From positions 1,984,001-2,048,000 of the forward strand of contig CAVTTL010000001.1 in assembly GCA_963737635.1 (NCBI GenBank): 64,000 nt of DNA. The letters run 5' to 3'. The DNA is from an uncultured Methanoregulaceae archaeon. Lineage in GTDB: Archaea > Halobacteriota > Methanomicrobia > Methanomicrobiales > Methanospirillaceae. The notes beneath the pieces are model-generated. The model was given only the letters and a program-made list of their open reading frames with translations. It did no database searches and was not told where the DNA came from. Made by a program: the position numbers and the translations under genes. This document shows positions 1-10,323 of this stretch, piece by piece. How positions within the stretch are numbered: the first letter of the stretch is position 1; the number at the start of each line of letters is the position of its first letter.

Positions 1-590
1 GAGTATCGTATCCCGGATTGCAGGATCAATGTCCCGTGTCCATTCCTTGATTATCGCATCGGTAAGTTCGAGATGGAACTGAAGCCCGAGCGCTGTTTTG
101 TAAGCGAACGCCTGGTGCATTACCACACTCCCGGTGCAGAGCAAGTTGGCACCGGTCGGGAGATCAAACGTTTCCCCGTGAAGCTGGAACACCGAAAACT
201 GCTCCGGGAAGCGTGAGAACGTGCCGGTCGCCCCCGACTCACGGGTGAGCCTGCACCAGCCGGTCTCCTGCTGGAAAGGATAGACCCGGGCACCAAACGC
301 TGATGCAATCAGCTGGGCCCCAAGGCAAATGCCAAGGACCGGCCGGCCTTTCTGCACCATATCCCGGATCAGGGCCTTCTCCTCCGAAAGATACGGTAAT
401 TCTTTCTCGTCGTTGACACTCATTGGCCCGCCCATGAACAGAAAGTGGGTGGCATTGATTGTGGGCACTCCACCGGTCTCGTAGAGCCGGATATATTCAA
501 AGGGAATCCGGCGTCCGGCAAAAAACGCTTCGAAAAAACGGCCGGCTCCGAGGCAGTATGCTGGAATATGGCAACCTTCGTGTACTCACC
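1..590 (-). CDS. Type 1 glutamine amidotransferase (GMP synthase-like), partial at window edge, one frameshift near 540
   Basis: Manual translation of the minus strand: KVAIFQHTASEPA/FFEAFF...FMGGPMSVNDE...PVLGICLGAQLIA, and FHLEL (ttc cat ctc gaa) near 65-80; GICLG nucleophile elbow and HxE motif. Start position uncertain. Confidence 0.8.
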
Positions 591-703
591 TTCAGGAAAT
601 CTTAGTTACTGCCCTCATAGACTGCCAGCCACCGGCCGTTCATGCACTATCTGTCCTCCTGTTGTAACAAAAAAAAATCCGTGAGAGAATCGGCTCGGCA
701 GGG

Positions 704-2542
704 TTATCTCCCATGAGCACCCCCGCCACCAAAACCACCGCCGCCACCGAATCCTCCTCCGCCAAAGCCGCCTCCCCCAAAGCTGCCGCCGTACCCGCCG
801 CCGCGAGGCATGGCCGTAAACATCAGGATCGGGATAAATGCATAGCTCATCCCGACGACACCGACCGGGACCCCGGTATCGGCGATGTGGATATTGAGCG
901 ATTTCATTGCCGATTCGACTTTTTCACCGACCCCAAGAGCAGTACCGTACACCAGCCAGTCCCCCCACATCGAGAGATCGGACGGGGCATACTTCTGGAT
1001 CATCGCCATATCCGAGAGGAAATGGGTAAAAGAATCCCATTCGAGCTTGTCCTTGTAATGATCGTCTGTCCAGTGTCCGAACAAGGCGGGCGGCGTTGAG
1101 AACGCAAGAAATGCCTGGAGGCCAACGATACCCCAGAGAACGACGGCTGGATAGAGAATGGAAGCCTGCATGGGTGCCACAAGAGCGATAATGACCGTGA
1201 TGCCAAAGGCAACGATGCCGGTAAACAGCAGCGGCAGGATGTTATCTCTCCCATCTACGATATACCGGTAGGCAAGGGCTGCGTCGGCCCGGGAAGTGAT
1301 ATCGGAGAGCAGCCGCTGGACCCGCAATGCCTTTCCTTCTGCTTCAAAGCCGGTCCGGGCTTGTGCCGCCAGCTCCCCGAACTTCCCCGTGTCGAGCACA
1401 CCGTTATCTGACACCTGATCGATAAAGGCAAGAACCCGCAGTTCATAGGGGTCGGTCGTTGCAGCCGAGAGTTTCCGGATCTCGACACCTTTTTTGTCTC
1501 CCTTGTCGGTGATCATAATCATTTTTTTCCGGTGCAGGTCAAGAAGGGTGGCGTAAAAACCATCCTTATCAAACTCCATCGCATCACCCTTGAAGAGCAG
1601 GTTTACCTGCCACGGTTTCATCGACGGATCCGGAATTGTGCTGAGATACGCCGGGACGACAAAGGTCTTCTCCCGCCCGTACTTCTCGTAGATGAAAAGA
1701 AGGACAAACGGCGTGAGGATCACGGCTGCCATTCCCAGGTATTCGAGGAACCACGCGATATAGTAGGGGAAGTCGTACCAGAAGCTCCCGGAAGAGGTAC
1801 TTCCAGCAAGGCCCTCCACGTTGTTCCTGAACCCGGGGATCGCGTCGAGCCCGCCGGGAGTCGTGAGCATCTCCACCGCGATATTTTCATCGGCCGCAAC
1901 ACTGCCGGTAAACGTATACGTGTCACGGGTCTTCTCCACCGAAAACCCAGGGGGATAGGCATATACCTGCATGACACTGGTGGCAGGGACAGAAATTTGG
2001 ACTGACTGGTAGGGTATATGACTTGCGCCCGCCAGCAGGAGATTCAGGTGATCGTTTGCGGCGTCGTACTCGACCGGGGGATGGATCACGTACGTGTACC
2101 CAACCGTATAGGACCCTGCATCAAAATACGCCGGGTCGTAGATCCCGACTTCATCGGTATCCGCGAGATATCCTACCTGGCTTGAGACTGAGGAGCGGGC
2201 ACCGGGGGCCGCGATATAGACATTTCCCGTATAATCTTTCGCGTACCCAATTGTTCCCGCCGGCGCATCAATTCCAACCAGCTGGATGGACGACTGGTTG
2301 GCCGCCGCAAAGGTCAGCGGCGCTTCCCAGCTCCGGTAAAGCATCCGGTATTCGCCGGACGTGCCAACCGCATAAGTATACGTCTCATGGAGGGTGCCGT
2401 TTGCATAGAGTATTGCCGAGTACGAACTGGCGACAAGATCTCCCTGGAGCATGGGAGGAATGGCAACCACTGCAGCCAGACCGATGATACCTATTACAAG
2501 CGTGGCAATGACAAGCACGGCAATCTGTTTCGTTTCGCTCAT
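704..2542 (-). CDS. DUF2207 family membrane protein
   Basis: 612 aa with N-terminal TM, WxxF..FL..WGDWLVYGTALGVG motif, Gly-rich C-terminal tail; directly downstream of LemA. Confidence 0.85.
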   Translation of the reverse strand: MSETKQIAVLVIATLVIGIIGLAAVVAIPPMLQGDLVASSYSAILYANGTLHETYTYAVGTSGEYRMLYRSWEAPLTFAAANQSSIQLVGIDAPAGTIGYAKDYTGNVYIAAPGARSSVSSQVGYLADTDEVGIYDPAYFDAGSYTVGYTYVIHPPVEYDAANDHLNLLLAGASHIPYQSVQISVPATSVMQVYAYPPGFSVEKTRDTYTFTGSVAADENIAVEMLTTPGGLDAIPGFRNNVEGLAGSTSSGSFWYDFPYYIAWFLEYLGMAAVILTPFVLLFIYEKYGREKTFVVPAYLSTIPDPSMKPWQVNLLFKGDAMEFDKDGFYATLLDLHRKKMIMITDKGDKKGVEIRKLSAATTDPYELRVLAFIDQVSDNGVLDTGKFGELAAQARTGFEAEGKALRVQRLLSDITSRADAALAYRYIVDGRDNILPLLFTGIVAFGITVIIALVAPMQASILYPAVVLWGIVGLQAFLAFSTPPALFGHWTDDHYKDKLEWDSFTHFLSDMAMIQKYAPSDLSMWGDWLVYGTALGVGEKVESAMKSLNIHIADTGVPVGVVGMSYAFIPILMFTAMPRGGGYGGSFGGGGFGGGGFGGGGGFGGGGAHGR

Positions 2543-2552
2543 CGTACTTCCT

Positions 2553-3134
2553 TTAGAACTCGATCTTCGGGGGTGTTATTATTTCTTCTTCGAACTGGAG
2601 GTACTCCAGCTTGGGCATGCCGGTCAGGTGCCCGATGAAACTGGAAGGGATCGTATCCATCATTGTATTGAATTCCTGTGAAATAGAATTGTACGTATAA
2701 CGATGGCGGGCGATCTCATCTTCGAGACTTTTGACCGAGTCCATGAGTGAGGTGACGCTCTGGGAGGTCTTTAAATCTGGATAGTTTTCTGCGACGGCAA
2801 GCAGCCGCCCGAAGATCGAACGTGATTCTGTCTCCACTTTTGCCAAATCCCCCGGCCCGGCGGTCGCAACGGCAGCCCTCATAGCGGTGACACGGGTGAA
2901 GGTTTCCTGTTCGAATTTCGCATAACTTTTTACTGCGCCAAGCAGCTGCTCGATCATGTCCAGTCTTTTCTTCATTGCAACCCGGATCTGTCCAAGAGTT
3001 GCCTCGGACGAATTTTTCAGAGTATAGAACCGATTGTATATGCCAATGGTCCTTGCAACGATCCATATGATAAGAACGATAATGATCAGGACGATAATAG
3101 CCAGCACTATCCAACCAAGAATATCCCCAAACAT
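2553..3134 (-). CDS. lemA: LemA family protein
   Basis: N-terminal [50 protein letters not shown] motifs. Confidence 0.92.
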   Translation of the reverse strand: MFGDILGWIVLAIIVLIIIVLIIWIVARTIGIYNRFYTLKNSSEATLGQIRVAMKKRLDMIEQLLGAVKSYAKFEQETFTRVTAMRAAVATAGPGDLAKVETESRSIFGRLLAVAENYPDLKTSQSVTSLMDSVKSLEDEIARHRYTYNSISQEFNTMMDTIPSSFIGHLTGMPKLEYLQFEEEIITPPKIEF

Positions 3135-3387
3135 GGTTCTTCAGTATACTGATAATCGCGCCACTACATAAGACATGATGTGGCGGAAGAAGTCACGGGA
3201 AAATCCGATCCACGGATTATCTATGAGACGTGGATTGAAGTGACGGGAGTTTATCAAAACGGATTGGCGGGGGATAGTCGGCGTTGAATACCATATTGGA
3301 TCTCTTTGTGCCCCTAGTTCCTCCATGCAAATATTAATATAAAGTAAAGCGGGGAGTATACAATCACCGGTTAAAGGATGGAAGAAA

Positions 3388-4809
3388 ATGGGGGAAGTAA
3401 AAAAAATCCTCATAGTAGAAGACGATGCCCTCATCGCGATGAACCTCGTGGAAACACTCAACAGTTTCGGGTATGCAACTGATACTCCTGTTGCCACCGC
3501 AGAGGATGCCATTCTTCAGGCCCGCACGGCTCCTCCTGACCTGATCCTTATGGATATCCAGCTCGCAGGAAAAATGACCGGGATTGAAGCGGCAGGAATC
3601 ATACGAAGCACACACGACATCCCGGTGATTTATCTCACCGCATTCTCCGACGACGAGCGTTTACGCAAAGCCATAAACACGGTTCCATATGCGTACCTCA
3701 TCAAACCCGTCCAAAACCAGGAACTGCGATCATCCATTGAAGTGACTCTTTACAAGCATAGTATGGATAAAGCGCTCCGGGAAAGCGAGAAGCGATATCA
3801 TGCAGTCATTACCCAAGCTATGGAGGGAATCATCTTTTTTGACATTACGACCCTCGCCATCATCGAGACTAACCCAGCAGTAAGGAACGTGTCCGGGTAT
3901 ACCGAGAAAGAACTTGAGTCTATGAAAATCTCAGATCTGATGCCGTACTCTTTTAGGATCACCGACACTATGATTGCAAAGCCTGATAGTGAACAGCCTG
4001 TTCAGCTCGGGGAGCAGAAATTCCTCTGTAAAGATAAATCGCTTCTGGATGTGGAATGCAGTGTTAGCTTCATCCGGCATAGCGAAAAAAATATGACGGT
4101 CTGCCTCATCGCACACGATGTGACCGAACGTAAAAAAGCAGAAACAGCCCTTTGCGAAGCCAACAAAAAACTCAATCTTATGGGTGAGATCACCCGTCAT
4201 GATCTTCTCAACCAGATCATGGCACTGAAATCATATTTCCAATTCTCAAACGAATACGTTAAGGATCCCGTTCATGCCGCCCTCATAAAAAAAGAAGAAG
4301 ACATCATCAGAACCCTCGAACGTCAGATCACCTTTACGCGGGATTATCAGAATATGGGATTGAAACGGCCGGTATGGCAGAACGTGGCAGAAATGATGGA
4401 CAAAGCGATAGCAGAGCTTCCGGCCAAAAAGGTTAAGATCGACGCTGGTCCCCGGGATCTCGAAATATTTGCAGACTCGCTCTTCGAGAAAGTATTTTAC
4501 AACCTGATCGACAACTCGCTCAGATACGGCAAAGACCGCTTGACTTCCATCCGGATTTCATCCTCCGAATCTGGAGCCGGACTTATCTTGACCTGCGAAG
4601 ACGATGGTGTCGGCATTCCCGATGACGAAAAGGATAAGATCTTCCATCGCGGGTTTGGGAAAAACACCGGACTTGGATTATTTCTTGTCCGGGAGATCCT
4701 CGGGATCACCGGGATGACTATTCAGGAAAATGGCGTTCCCGGTAAAGGTGCCAGGTTCGAGATCAAGGTCCCAAAAGGGGGGTACCGGTTCACAAAAACA
4801 CAACAATAA
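3388..4809 (+). CDS. Hybrid sensor: REC-PAS-histidine kinase
   Basis: ILIVEDD..LILMDIQL..YLIKP receiver; PAS; ITRHDLLNQ H-box; NLIDNSLRYG, EDDGVGI, GLGLFL ATPase boxes. Confidence 0.93.
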   Translation: MGEVKKILIVEDDALIAMNLVETLNSFGYATDTPVATAEDAILQARTAPPDLILMDIQLAGKMTGIEAAGIIRSTHDIPVIYLTAFSDDERLRKAINTVPYAYLIKPVQNQELRSSIEVTLYKHSMDKALRESEKRYHAVITQAMEGIIFFDITTLAIIETNPAVRNVSGYTEKELESMKISDLMPYSFRITDTMIAKPDSEQPVQLGEQKFLCKDKSLLDVECSVSFIRHSEKNMTVCLIAHDVTERKKAETALCEANKKLNLMGEITRHDLLNQIMALKSYFQFSNEYVKDPVHAALIKKEEDIIRTLERQITFTRDYQNMGLKRPVWQNVAEMMDKAIAELPAKKVKIDAGPRDLEIFADSLFEKVFYNLIDNSLRYGKDRLTSIRISSSESGAGLILTCEDDGVGIPDDEKDKIFHRGFGKNTGLGLFLVREILGITGMTIQENGVPGKGARFEIKVPKGGYRFTKTQQ

Positions 4810-4934
4810 AGAGGGAATTCTGTTGCGTTGTCGGGACTTTTAAATAGGCGACCTTGATGAATCGCCACGGTATCATTTTCGGTAAGTTCCGTTAACGCAA
4901 CAGCACTGATAAGCAATAATCACATTTCTGACAT

Positions 4935-6530
4935 CTATCCGGTTGCGGGATTTTTAGACTGCGTGATCATCATATCATCGATACGGATGAGCATGATCGC
5001 AGTCTCGGATGCGCTTTGGATTGACTGGCGCTTGGACCGGAGCGGCTCAAGCACACCCTCGTGGAGCATATCGATGACCTCTCCTGTGTAAACGTTGAGG
5101 CCGGCCGTCTTCCCCCCTTCGCATGGGCGTTCTTTAGCGCGACCAGCTTGTCAATCGGGTCGTATCCGGAGTTTTCCGCAAGGGTTCGGGGGACTATCTC
5201 AAAGGCCGTCGCATATCCTTCGATTGCCATCTGTATCCGTCCCCCAATGGTCTCAGCGTAATTCCGGATCTTCATTAAGAGCTCGGTCTCTACTGCACCG
5301 CCACCGACTACATACGTGCCGTCTTCGATTGCATCCATAACCACGCGGGTGCCATCAACAACCGCCCGCTCCAGCTCGTCAAGAAGATAATCGCTCGTAC
5401 CCCGGAGCAGGATGCTGACAGTTTTGGGGTTCTTGCACCCGGATATCCGGGTGATGTCGATATCGCTGTCCTCTTCGACAACTTCGGCATGCCCCAGATC
5501 CTTTGCTGTCAGATCTTCTGGCTTGTTGACAATGTTTGCATCCAGTGCACGTGCTGCGTATTTGAGATCTTTTTCTGGAACGTCTTCAACAGCATACACA
5601 CCGTGCTTTTCAAGGAAGAACTGGACCGGATCTGCAATACCCTTCTGGCAGAGCACGACATTTGCACCTGAGCTGATCACGGAGTCGGCCAGTTTTTTTA
5701 AGGCAGAGCGCTCCTGTTCTGAAAATGCTGAGATCTGCTCAGCGGTCGTAATCTTTATCTTGGCCTTCACCTGGGTTTTTGCGATCTCCATGGGCATTGC
5801 GATGAGCGCTACCTTGGCCTCAGTGATCTTCTTTGGCATGCCTTCGGTTACCCGTTTCTTGTCAAGGATAACACCGCGAACGAGCTCGGAGTCATCTATT
5901 GACTTGCCCTTCTTCTTCTTGATCAGCACGTCGTCTTCATCGGCAACGTATTTTCCATCGGTCTTTTCTGCGATAGTCATGACCGCATCAACGATGATGC
6001 CGTCTAGTTTCTCCTTGACCGATTCGATCGATTTTCCCGTGATTGCGGTGTCGGCGATCTTGATGAGCGTCTTTCTGTCGGTAGGGTCGACCTTAAACGA
6101 AAGAGAATTTGTGATTTCGAGGGCTTTTTCCATACCTTGGCGGTATCCTTGGGAGATAACGGTTGGGTGGATTCCCTGTTCGAGCAGTTTTTCTGCCTGC
6201 TCCATCAAGGCACCGGCAATAACAACTGCAGTCGTGGTTCCGTCTCCGACCTGATCATCCTGGGTCATTGCGACTTCGACCATCATCTTTCCGCCAGGAT
6301 GCTGGACCGAGAGCTCACTCAGAATTGTCGCTCCATCGTTTGTTATGACAATATCTCCCGTTGAGCCGACAAGCATCTTGTCCATACCCCGGGGACCAAG
6401 GGTAGTCCGGACTGCACCGGCAATTGCCTTTGCAGCCATAATATTCGAGTGCTGGGCTTCCTGCCCGCGATTTCGCGTTGTTCCCTGACTGATAATGATA
6501 ATTGGCTGTCCGCCAAGTCTGTTGTGACAT
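4935..6530 (-). CDS. ths: Thermosome subunit (group II chaperonin), frameshifts near 6518 and 5112
   Basis: [33 protein letters not shown] motifs. Reconstructed start [13 protein letters not shown] at 6530 and C-terminus [33 protein letters not shown] in a shifted frame. Confidence 0.93.
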
Positions 6531-6781
6531 TTCTAACCTCACTGTTTTTATTTTTGATATTCCGGCGAAAGCCGTTCCTGTAACGGGCAAGAGTTGCTTC
6601 GTAGCCTCTTATGTCTATCTGTAGTACCCGCTTCTAGGATTGTATAAACCCGGAACGCAAGGTTGCCGTACACCCGACGTAGAGGAGGCGAGGCTTTTTA
6701 TGCAACACACGCCGTGTTTATCGTCTCGTAACATGCCTTTACCATGCACGGGTAAAGATCCGGTCCTGACGAGGATACTAC

Positions 6782-7239
6782 TTAGGCAAAATCAGTCAGT
6801 TTGGACTTGACTGAAGTTCTTTGCTTATTTCCATTATGGCCTCCCAAGGGGAAAATGCAGTTCGTGTTCCCGCGCCGGGGTTCAAGTTTTCTGGTCCCAT
6901 CGGTCTGCATGATCATGACCATTTCCGGTCATCAGCCGGAGTATCAGGATCCTCTGCACGCAGTCCACTCCTCACCAGAACCGTGTTGCTATCCTGCTGC
7001 TGTGGAGCGGTCTCATCAACAGCAACAGCATCGCGAACCGGGGAACCCTGTACAATTATCTGAGGAGATTTAGGTTCCTGGGGATTTTGATCTTTGGAAT
7101 GCTTGGACAGTCCCCTGTTAACGGCTTTGAGATCCAGAAGTTCCCGCGTGAATCCATCCACGAGCGCTTCCATCTCAATGACCTTCTTTTCAAGTGCTGC
7201 AATGCGGCCCTCGCTTGCATCACTACCAGCGTTTTCCAT
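6782..7239 (-). CDS. Hypothetical protein with N-terminal coiled coil, frameshift near 6925
   Basis: RIAALEKKVIEMEALVDGFTRELLDLK coiled coil; the reading continues in a shifted frame as EMVMIMQTDGTRKLEPRRG...* to 6782. Confidence 0.6.
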
Positions 7240-7499
7240 AAGTGTGATTATCTTCTCCTTTTCATCACGTTCACATTCGGGATACCTGATCTTTTGTATC
7301 CAACGGAACGATGACCAACAATAGTACCTATTGGTGCAGCCCACTCCTTATAGTAACAGGTAACAATTCAGTCAGTCAGATGGACACATTGCCGGGCAAA
7401 GGGATTTTTCCCGAAAACCTCAACAAGGGATACGAACTGCAATCAGGCCAACGGGTACGATCAATACTCCTATCAGTCAATCCATACATAGAGATATAC

Positions 7500-7646
7500 A
7501 TGTCAGGTTATGTGAAAGATCATATTTTCATCTGCCCACATTGTGATCTCAAGTGGCGCACAACAGAAATCACCCCGAAACTGCATTGTAAGCAATGTAA
7601 ACGCGATTTTCTAAACCCTTGGGCGGCGCCTGCGCCGAGAAAGTAG
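7500..7646 (+). CDS. Small 48-aa zinc-ribbon protein (CPHC-x14-CKQC)
   Basis: MSGYVKDHIFICPHCDLKWRTTEITPKLHCKQCKRDFLNPW; internal ATG of the 7311 ORF. Confidence 0.6.
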   Translation: MSGYVKDHIFICPHCDLKWRTTEITPKLHCKQCKRDFLNPWAAPAPRK

Positions 7647-7829
7647 TTCATTCGACGCGGCCCCAGTGAAACACCATACTATCAGGGTTCCTACCGACCA
7701 TTTTCAATTTTAACCCCGTAATTCAGCAATATACTCGTTATTTGCACAGCATTGAGGCCTACATCCATTATCTGCAGAGCACACATACCTGCGCCCGTCT
7801 TTCCAAAAAAATTAATTTTCGACAGTAAC

Positions 7830-8078
7830 CTATAATGGCACAACCACGTGTGAATAATTCGTCACAGGCACTTTCCGGTGGTGTATATGAGAAACGATCT
7901 CACCGCCGAGGATGAGGAGAGCGTCTCTGTGGACCATTTTATCTTTATGAATATGGCTTGGAGTGATTTCAAGGGAATCGTACCGCTCCGTAAGGATTTC
8001 ATCATTGAGGATGTCTTTGAAATATATCTTGACGAGGATCATCAACATGTGGAGATGCAGTATCTCTTCCTTTTTCAC
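7830..8078 (-). CDS. UPF0058 family protein
   Basis: MKKEEILHLH..YDSLEITPSHIHKDKMVHRDALLILG matches the UPF0058 pattern; GGTG ribosome-binding site upstream. Confidence 0.85.
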   Translation of the reverse strand: MKKEEILHLHMLMILVKIYFKDILNDEILTERYDSLEITPSHIHKDKMVHRDALLILGGEIVSHIHHRKVPVTNYSHVVVPL

Positions 8079-8724
8079 ACCATCACCTTCTTAATGAGAT
8101 CCTGATGGGTTGCCTGATATCTTATCGATCGAACACAAATGGCCGATTGTGCCGAGACTATACGACGCAATGAGGGTTTCGTTGTCGAGACACTTTTTTC
8201 CGATACCAATCCTGCCTAACTTGTCACGGATTAATTTTATCTTTTTTTCAATATATTGCATGGGAGGATTGCTAAATTGGCGGGTGATACGATAAAGCGA
8301 TGTATTACAGTTAGAGGATTTTCGGCTCACTCGGGAAAGTCCTCCATCCTTGAAGATATCATGGAAGCCCGGTGCAGGAATGAGACCGGGATGCTGGAGA
8401 ACTCATACGGGGGCAGGAAGTACCGGAGTGGATGCGCATCAAAAAGATCCCGCATTACAGGATTGTGAGAAGATCCTTATCCCGTATTACCGGGAACCCG
8501 ATGTATTGTCGACCATATCCGGAACGACCTGTATGAAGTTTTTGACGGTTCAGATTCAATCTCTTTGGCAAGCGGGTGATGGCCCGGTAGAGCACAACCA
8601 AAACAAAAACGGCAAAAACAAAAACAACAATTTTTTTCATCGAATGGATATGATCCGAATTGGCATCATACATGAGTAGTTAAGGTGGGAGATCATAATT
8701 AATAACACAGTTTTTTAACTGTAT

Positions 8725-8910
8725 GTGAAAACTATGTATGGATCATCCAATTTTGGCGGTCGCGGTCCCAGAGACTCCGGCCCACGTGAAATGACAAAGG
8801 TTACTTGTTCAGATTGTGGAAAAGAGTGCGAAGTACCGTTTAAGCCAACCGAAGGAAGGCCCGTGTATTGTCAGGATTGCCTGCCAAAACACAGAAAACC
8901 CAGGTTCTAA
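8725..8910 (+). CDS. CxxC-x17-CxxC domain small protein
   Basis: PREMTKVTCSDCGKECEVPFKPTEGRPVYCQDCLPKHR. Confidence 0.92.
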   Translation: MKTMYGSSNFGGRGPRDSGPREMTKVTCSDCGKECEVPFKPTEGRPVYCQDCLPKHRKPRF

Positions 8911-9078
8911 GTACATTATCTTTTAAGTATCTCTTTTTTTTGGAGAATCCAGTTCTCGACAATCATCAACCGCGCCAACAGGTCCCCCCAAACATATTAG
9001 ATTCAAGCCGCGATGACATGCACATAACTTTTCAGGGATTTTTAATGTTGAAGAAGAAATTTGACCTTTAAGAGAGAA

Positions 9079-9163
9079 TGCGAGGGAAGGGATTCGAACC
9101 CTTGAACTCCTGCGAGACCGGACCCTAAATCCGGCGCCTTTGACCTGGCTTGACTACCCTCGC
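9079..9163 (-). tRNA. tRNA-Leu (TAG), intronless, CCA not encoded
   Basis: Reverse complement GCGAGGGTAGTCAAGCCAGGTCAAAGGCGCCGGATTTAGGGTCCGG...GGTTCGAATCCCTTCCCTCGCA; anticodon arm CCGGA-TTTAGGG-TCCGG; long variable arm. Confidence 0.96.
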
Positions 9164-9223
9164 CTGTTCACATTATTGGTGTAGCAGAATTAAGAGCGTA
9201 TCGCGTAAAAGCACTACAATACG

Positions 9224-10258
9224 TTAGGGGCTGACATTCTCTCCGCGAGGTTCTGTTACGCACTTACGCTCATCGGTCCAGATTCGGTAGCTCTTCATGA
9301 GGAGGACTATGATCAACGGACCTAGCACGAAGCCGGCGAGGCCCATCGTAAGAAGACCACCGATGAGCCCGACGAACATGATGACCGGGTGGATCTTCAC
9401 CCGGCGGCCCACAAGCACCGGGCGGATATAAATCTCCGGGAGTGCGGAGACTACGAAATATCCTAGGACAAACATGATGAGGACGCCTTGGATATCCCCA
9501 AGTGCGAGCGCATATGCCCCCACTATGATAAACGCGACCGAAGAGCCAAGGATGGGGATCACCTCGCAGAATGCGGCAAGGAACGAGTAGAAGATGACGT
9601 GCCCGTAGCCGAGAAGGTAAAAAACCGGGATCGCGATAAAAAACGTCAGCGCCGCAATCGCGAACTGGACGATATAGATAACATACAGCATGTCCACCGT
9701 CACCGGTAAGAGCTGGTCGCAGTAGTTCCTGACCGGCACCGGCAGGTGACAGAATACCCGGTCCTTAATTGCCGTGCCGTGGAGAAGCAACAGGAAGAAC
9801 GTGATGAAAAAGACCAGGACCTTAAAAATAACCAGTAGGAGGTTGCTGGCAACCGTTGTCCAGAAATTGACAAAGAGGGCGTTTCCTTTGGCAAGCCACG
9901 CTGTCAGCGTGTCTTTGCTCACGGTAAAACCGAACGCCCCGGGGTGCGTGGCCGGGCTTGCGATCCACGACCCGATCGTCCCGAACATCTGGTCGATGAG
10001 ACCTGCGTTTCCCCGTAGTATCATGAGCGTACCATACGCCGCTACGGAAATAAGAACAAACAGGCAGAGCGTGATAAAAGCGGCGGAGATCACCGGGCGG
10101 GTGAAACGCGTTAACCGGCGGTGGAACGGTAGCATCACGACGGTAAGCGACGCTCCCAGGACGACTGCATCGATGACCGGCCAGAATATGATAAGGGCGA
10201 CTACCGCAATAAGCATGATGCCAATGAACGGGTAGTACTCTCTGTCAGTGCTTACCAT
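9224..10258 (-). CDS. AI-2E (PerM/UPF0118) family transporter
   Basis: Multi-TM protein with IPILGS, YIRPVLVG, IHPVIMFVGLIGGLLTMGLAGFVLGP motifs. Confidence 0.9.
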   Translation of the reverse strand: MVSTDREYYPFIGIMLIAVVALIIFWPVIDAVVLGASLTVVMLPFHRRLTRFTRPVISAAFITLCLFVLISVAAYGTLMILRGNAGLIDQMFGTIGSWIASPATHPGAFGFTVSKDTLTAWLAKGNALFVNFWTTVASNLLLVIFKVLVFFITFFLLLLHGTAIKDRVFCHLPVPVRNYCDQLLPVTVDMLYVIYIVQFAIAALTFFIAIPVFYLLGYGHVIFYSFLAAFCEVIPILGSSVAFIIVGAYALALGDIQGVLIMFVLGYFVVSALPEIYIRPVLVGRRVKIHPVIMFVGLIGGLLTMGLAGFVLGPLIIVLLMKSYRIWTDERKCVTEPRGENVSP

Positions 10259-10323
10259 ACCTGATCAGATAGGTTACCGGCAGTACGGTAAATAGTACGT
10301 GGAGACCGGGCCTTTACGGTAAT

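Noticed and set aside
704-810. GC-rich tandem-like repeat
   Set aside because: It encodes the ordinary Gly-rich (GGGGF)n tail of DUF2207 proteins.
6760-6800. Hammerhead-like CTGACGAG core
   Set aside because: No properly placed GAAA and stem partners; the nearby CTTTACC/GGTAAAG hairpin is more simply a terminator-like stem.
8091-8679. Several 60-110 aa ORFs between UPF0058 and the CxxC-x17-CxxC gene
   Set aside because: They overlap on both strands, are low-complexity and have no recognisable motifs; probably non-coding.
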